NCBI GenBank assembly: GCA_964612295.1 | Contig: CAZTDY010000009.1 | Location: 25,992 to 89,991, forward strand | DNA from: an uncultured bacterium | Lineage (GTDB): Bacteria > Eisenbacteria > RBG-16-71-46 > CAIMUX01 > WJJG01 | DNA length: 64,000 bases | Direction: 5' to 3' | In this document: positions 63,787 to 64,000 of the stretch, piece after piece | Layout: each line of letters opens with the position of its first letter | Numbering within the stretch: position 1 is the stretch's first letter | The notes under the pieces: generated by a model | The model's database searches: none | Seen by the model: only the letters and a program-made list of their open reading frames with translations | What the model was told of the DNA's origin: nothing | Translations under genes and position numbers: made by a program

Positions 63787-64000
63787 ACTGATCACCCACC
63801 ATCAGCCCCAATGATCCGCGCGCGGCATTGGCCTCGTCGAACGCCTCGGTGTCGTCGCCCTCTTCTCCGCGGCTCCAGATGGCCAGGGGAACCGGATCGC
63901 GACCGTGTTGCCCGGTTTCCACCGGCGTGGGGTGATCGGGGAGAATGGCGACGGTCCATTGCGGAGCTCGGTCGTCCAGCCCCTCGAGTATCGGGCGGAC
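63758..64000 (-). CDS. apgM: Cofactor-independent phosphoglycerate mutase (ApgM type), C-terminal fragment
   Basis: Not in the ORF track. Manual translation: VRPILEGLDDRAPQWTVAILPDHPTPVETGQHGRDPVPLAIW...DDTEAFDEANAARGSLGLMVGDQFIRRVVQGS*; DHPTP...H.RDPVP...FDE is the ApgM signature. Confidence 0.85.
   Translation of the reverse strand, partial: VRPILEGLDDRAPQWTVAILPDHPTPVETGQHGRDPVPLAIWSRGEEGDDTEAFDEANAARGSLGLMVGDQFIRRVVQGS

Overview
High-GC bacterial chromosomal window, gene-dense (about 46 CDS). No rRNA, tRNA, CRISPR array, transposase or phage gene was recognised. Six secreted proteins end in a FlgD-type Ig-like C-terminal domain (WDGRD...G.Y motif), and a seventh ends in a TSWGEIKALF motif. 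This pattern suggests an FCB-group candidate lineage such as Ca. Eisenbacteria, Krumholzibacteriota or Latescibacterota (inference only). Main modules, in order: partial GT4 glycosyltransferase; 14-repeat LVIVD propeller protein; four-repeat hypothetical; Cys-rich hypothetical; sahR-ahcY; second LVIVD protein downstream of an overlapping ECF sigma / zinc anti-sigma / signal-peptide TPR-CHAT protease trio; MacAB-like exporter whose adaptor seems internally deleted; a 1013-aa fusion ending in GNAT-GNAT-SCP2, behind an ABC-2 exporter; GT2 / GT-C-like / flippase cluster; compact penicillin-acylase-family protein; URO-D-like and SGNH genes; GT2; two M14 carboxypeptidases around fabG and an M20 peptidase; GAF, Fur and MltD; beta-helix protein; ArsR-led arsenic/thiol-redox operon with Acr3 but no ArsC; CydA-like pair with an octaheme c fusion; PsiE-like; TDT channel; DMT transporter; partial apgM. 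Many start codons were moved downstream of the supplied ORF starts using RBS and signal-peptide evidence. All family calls come from motif recognition by eye; no database search was run.
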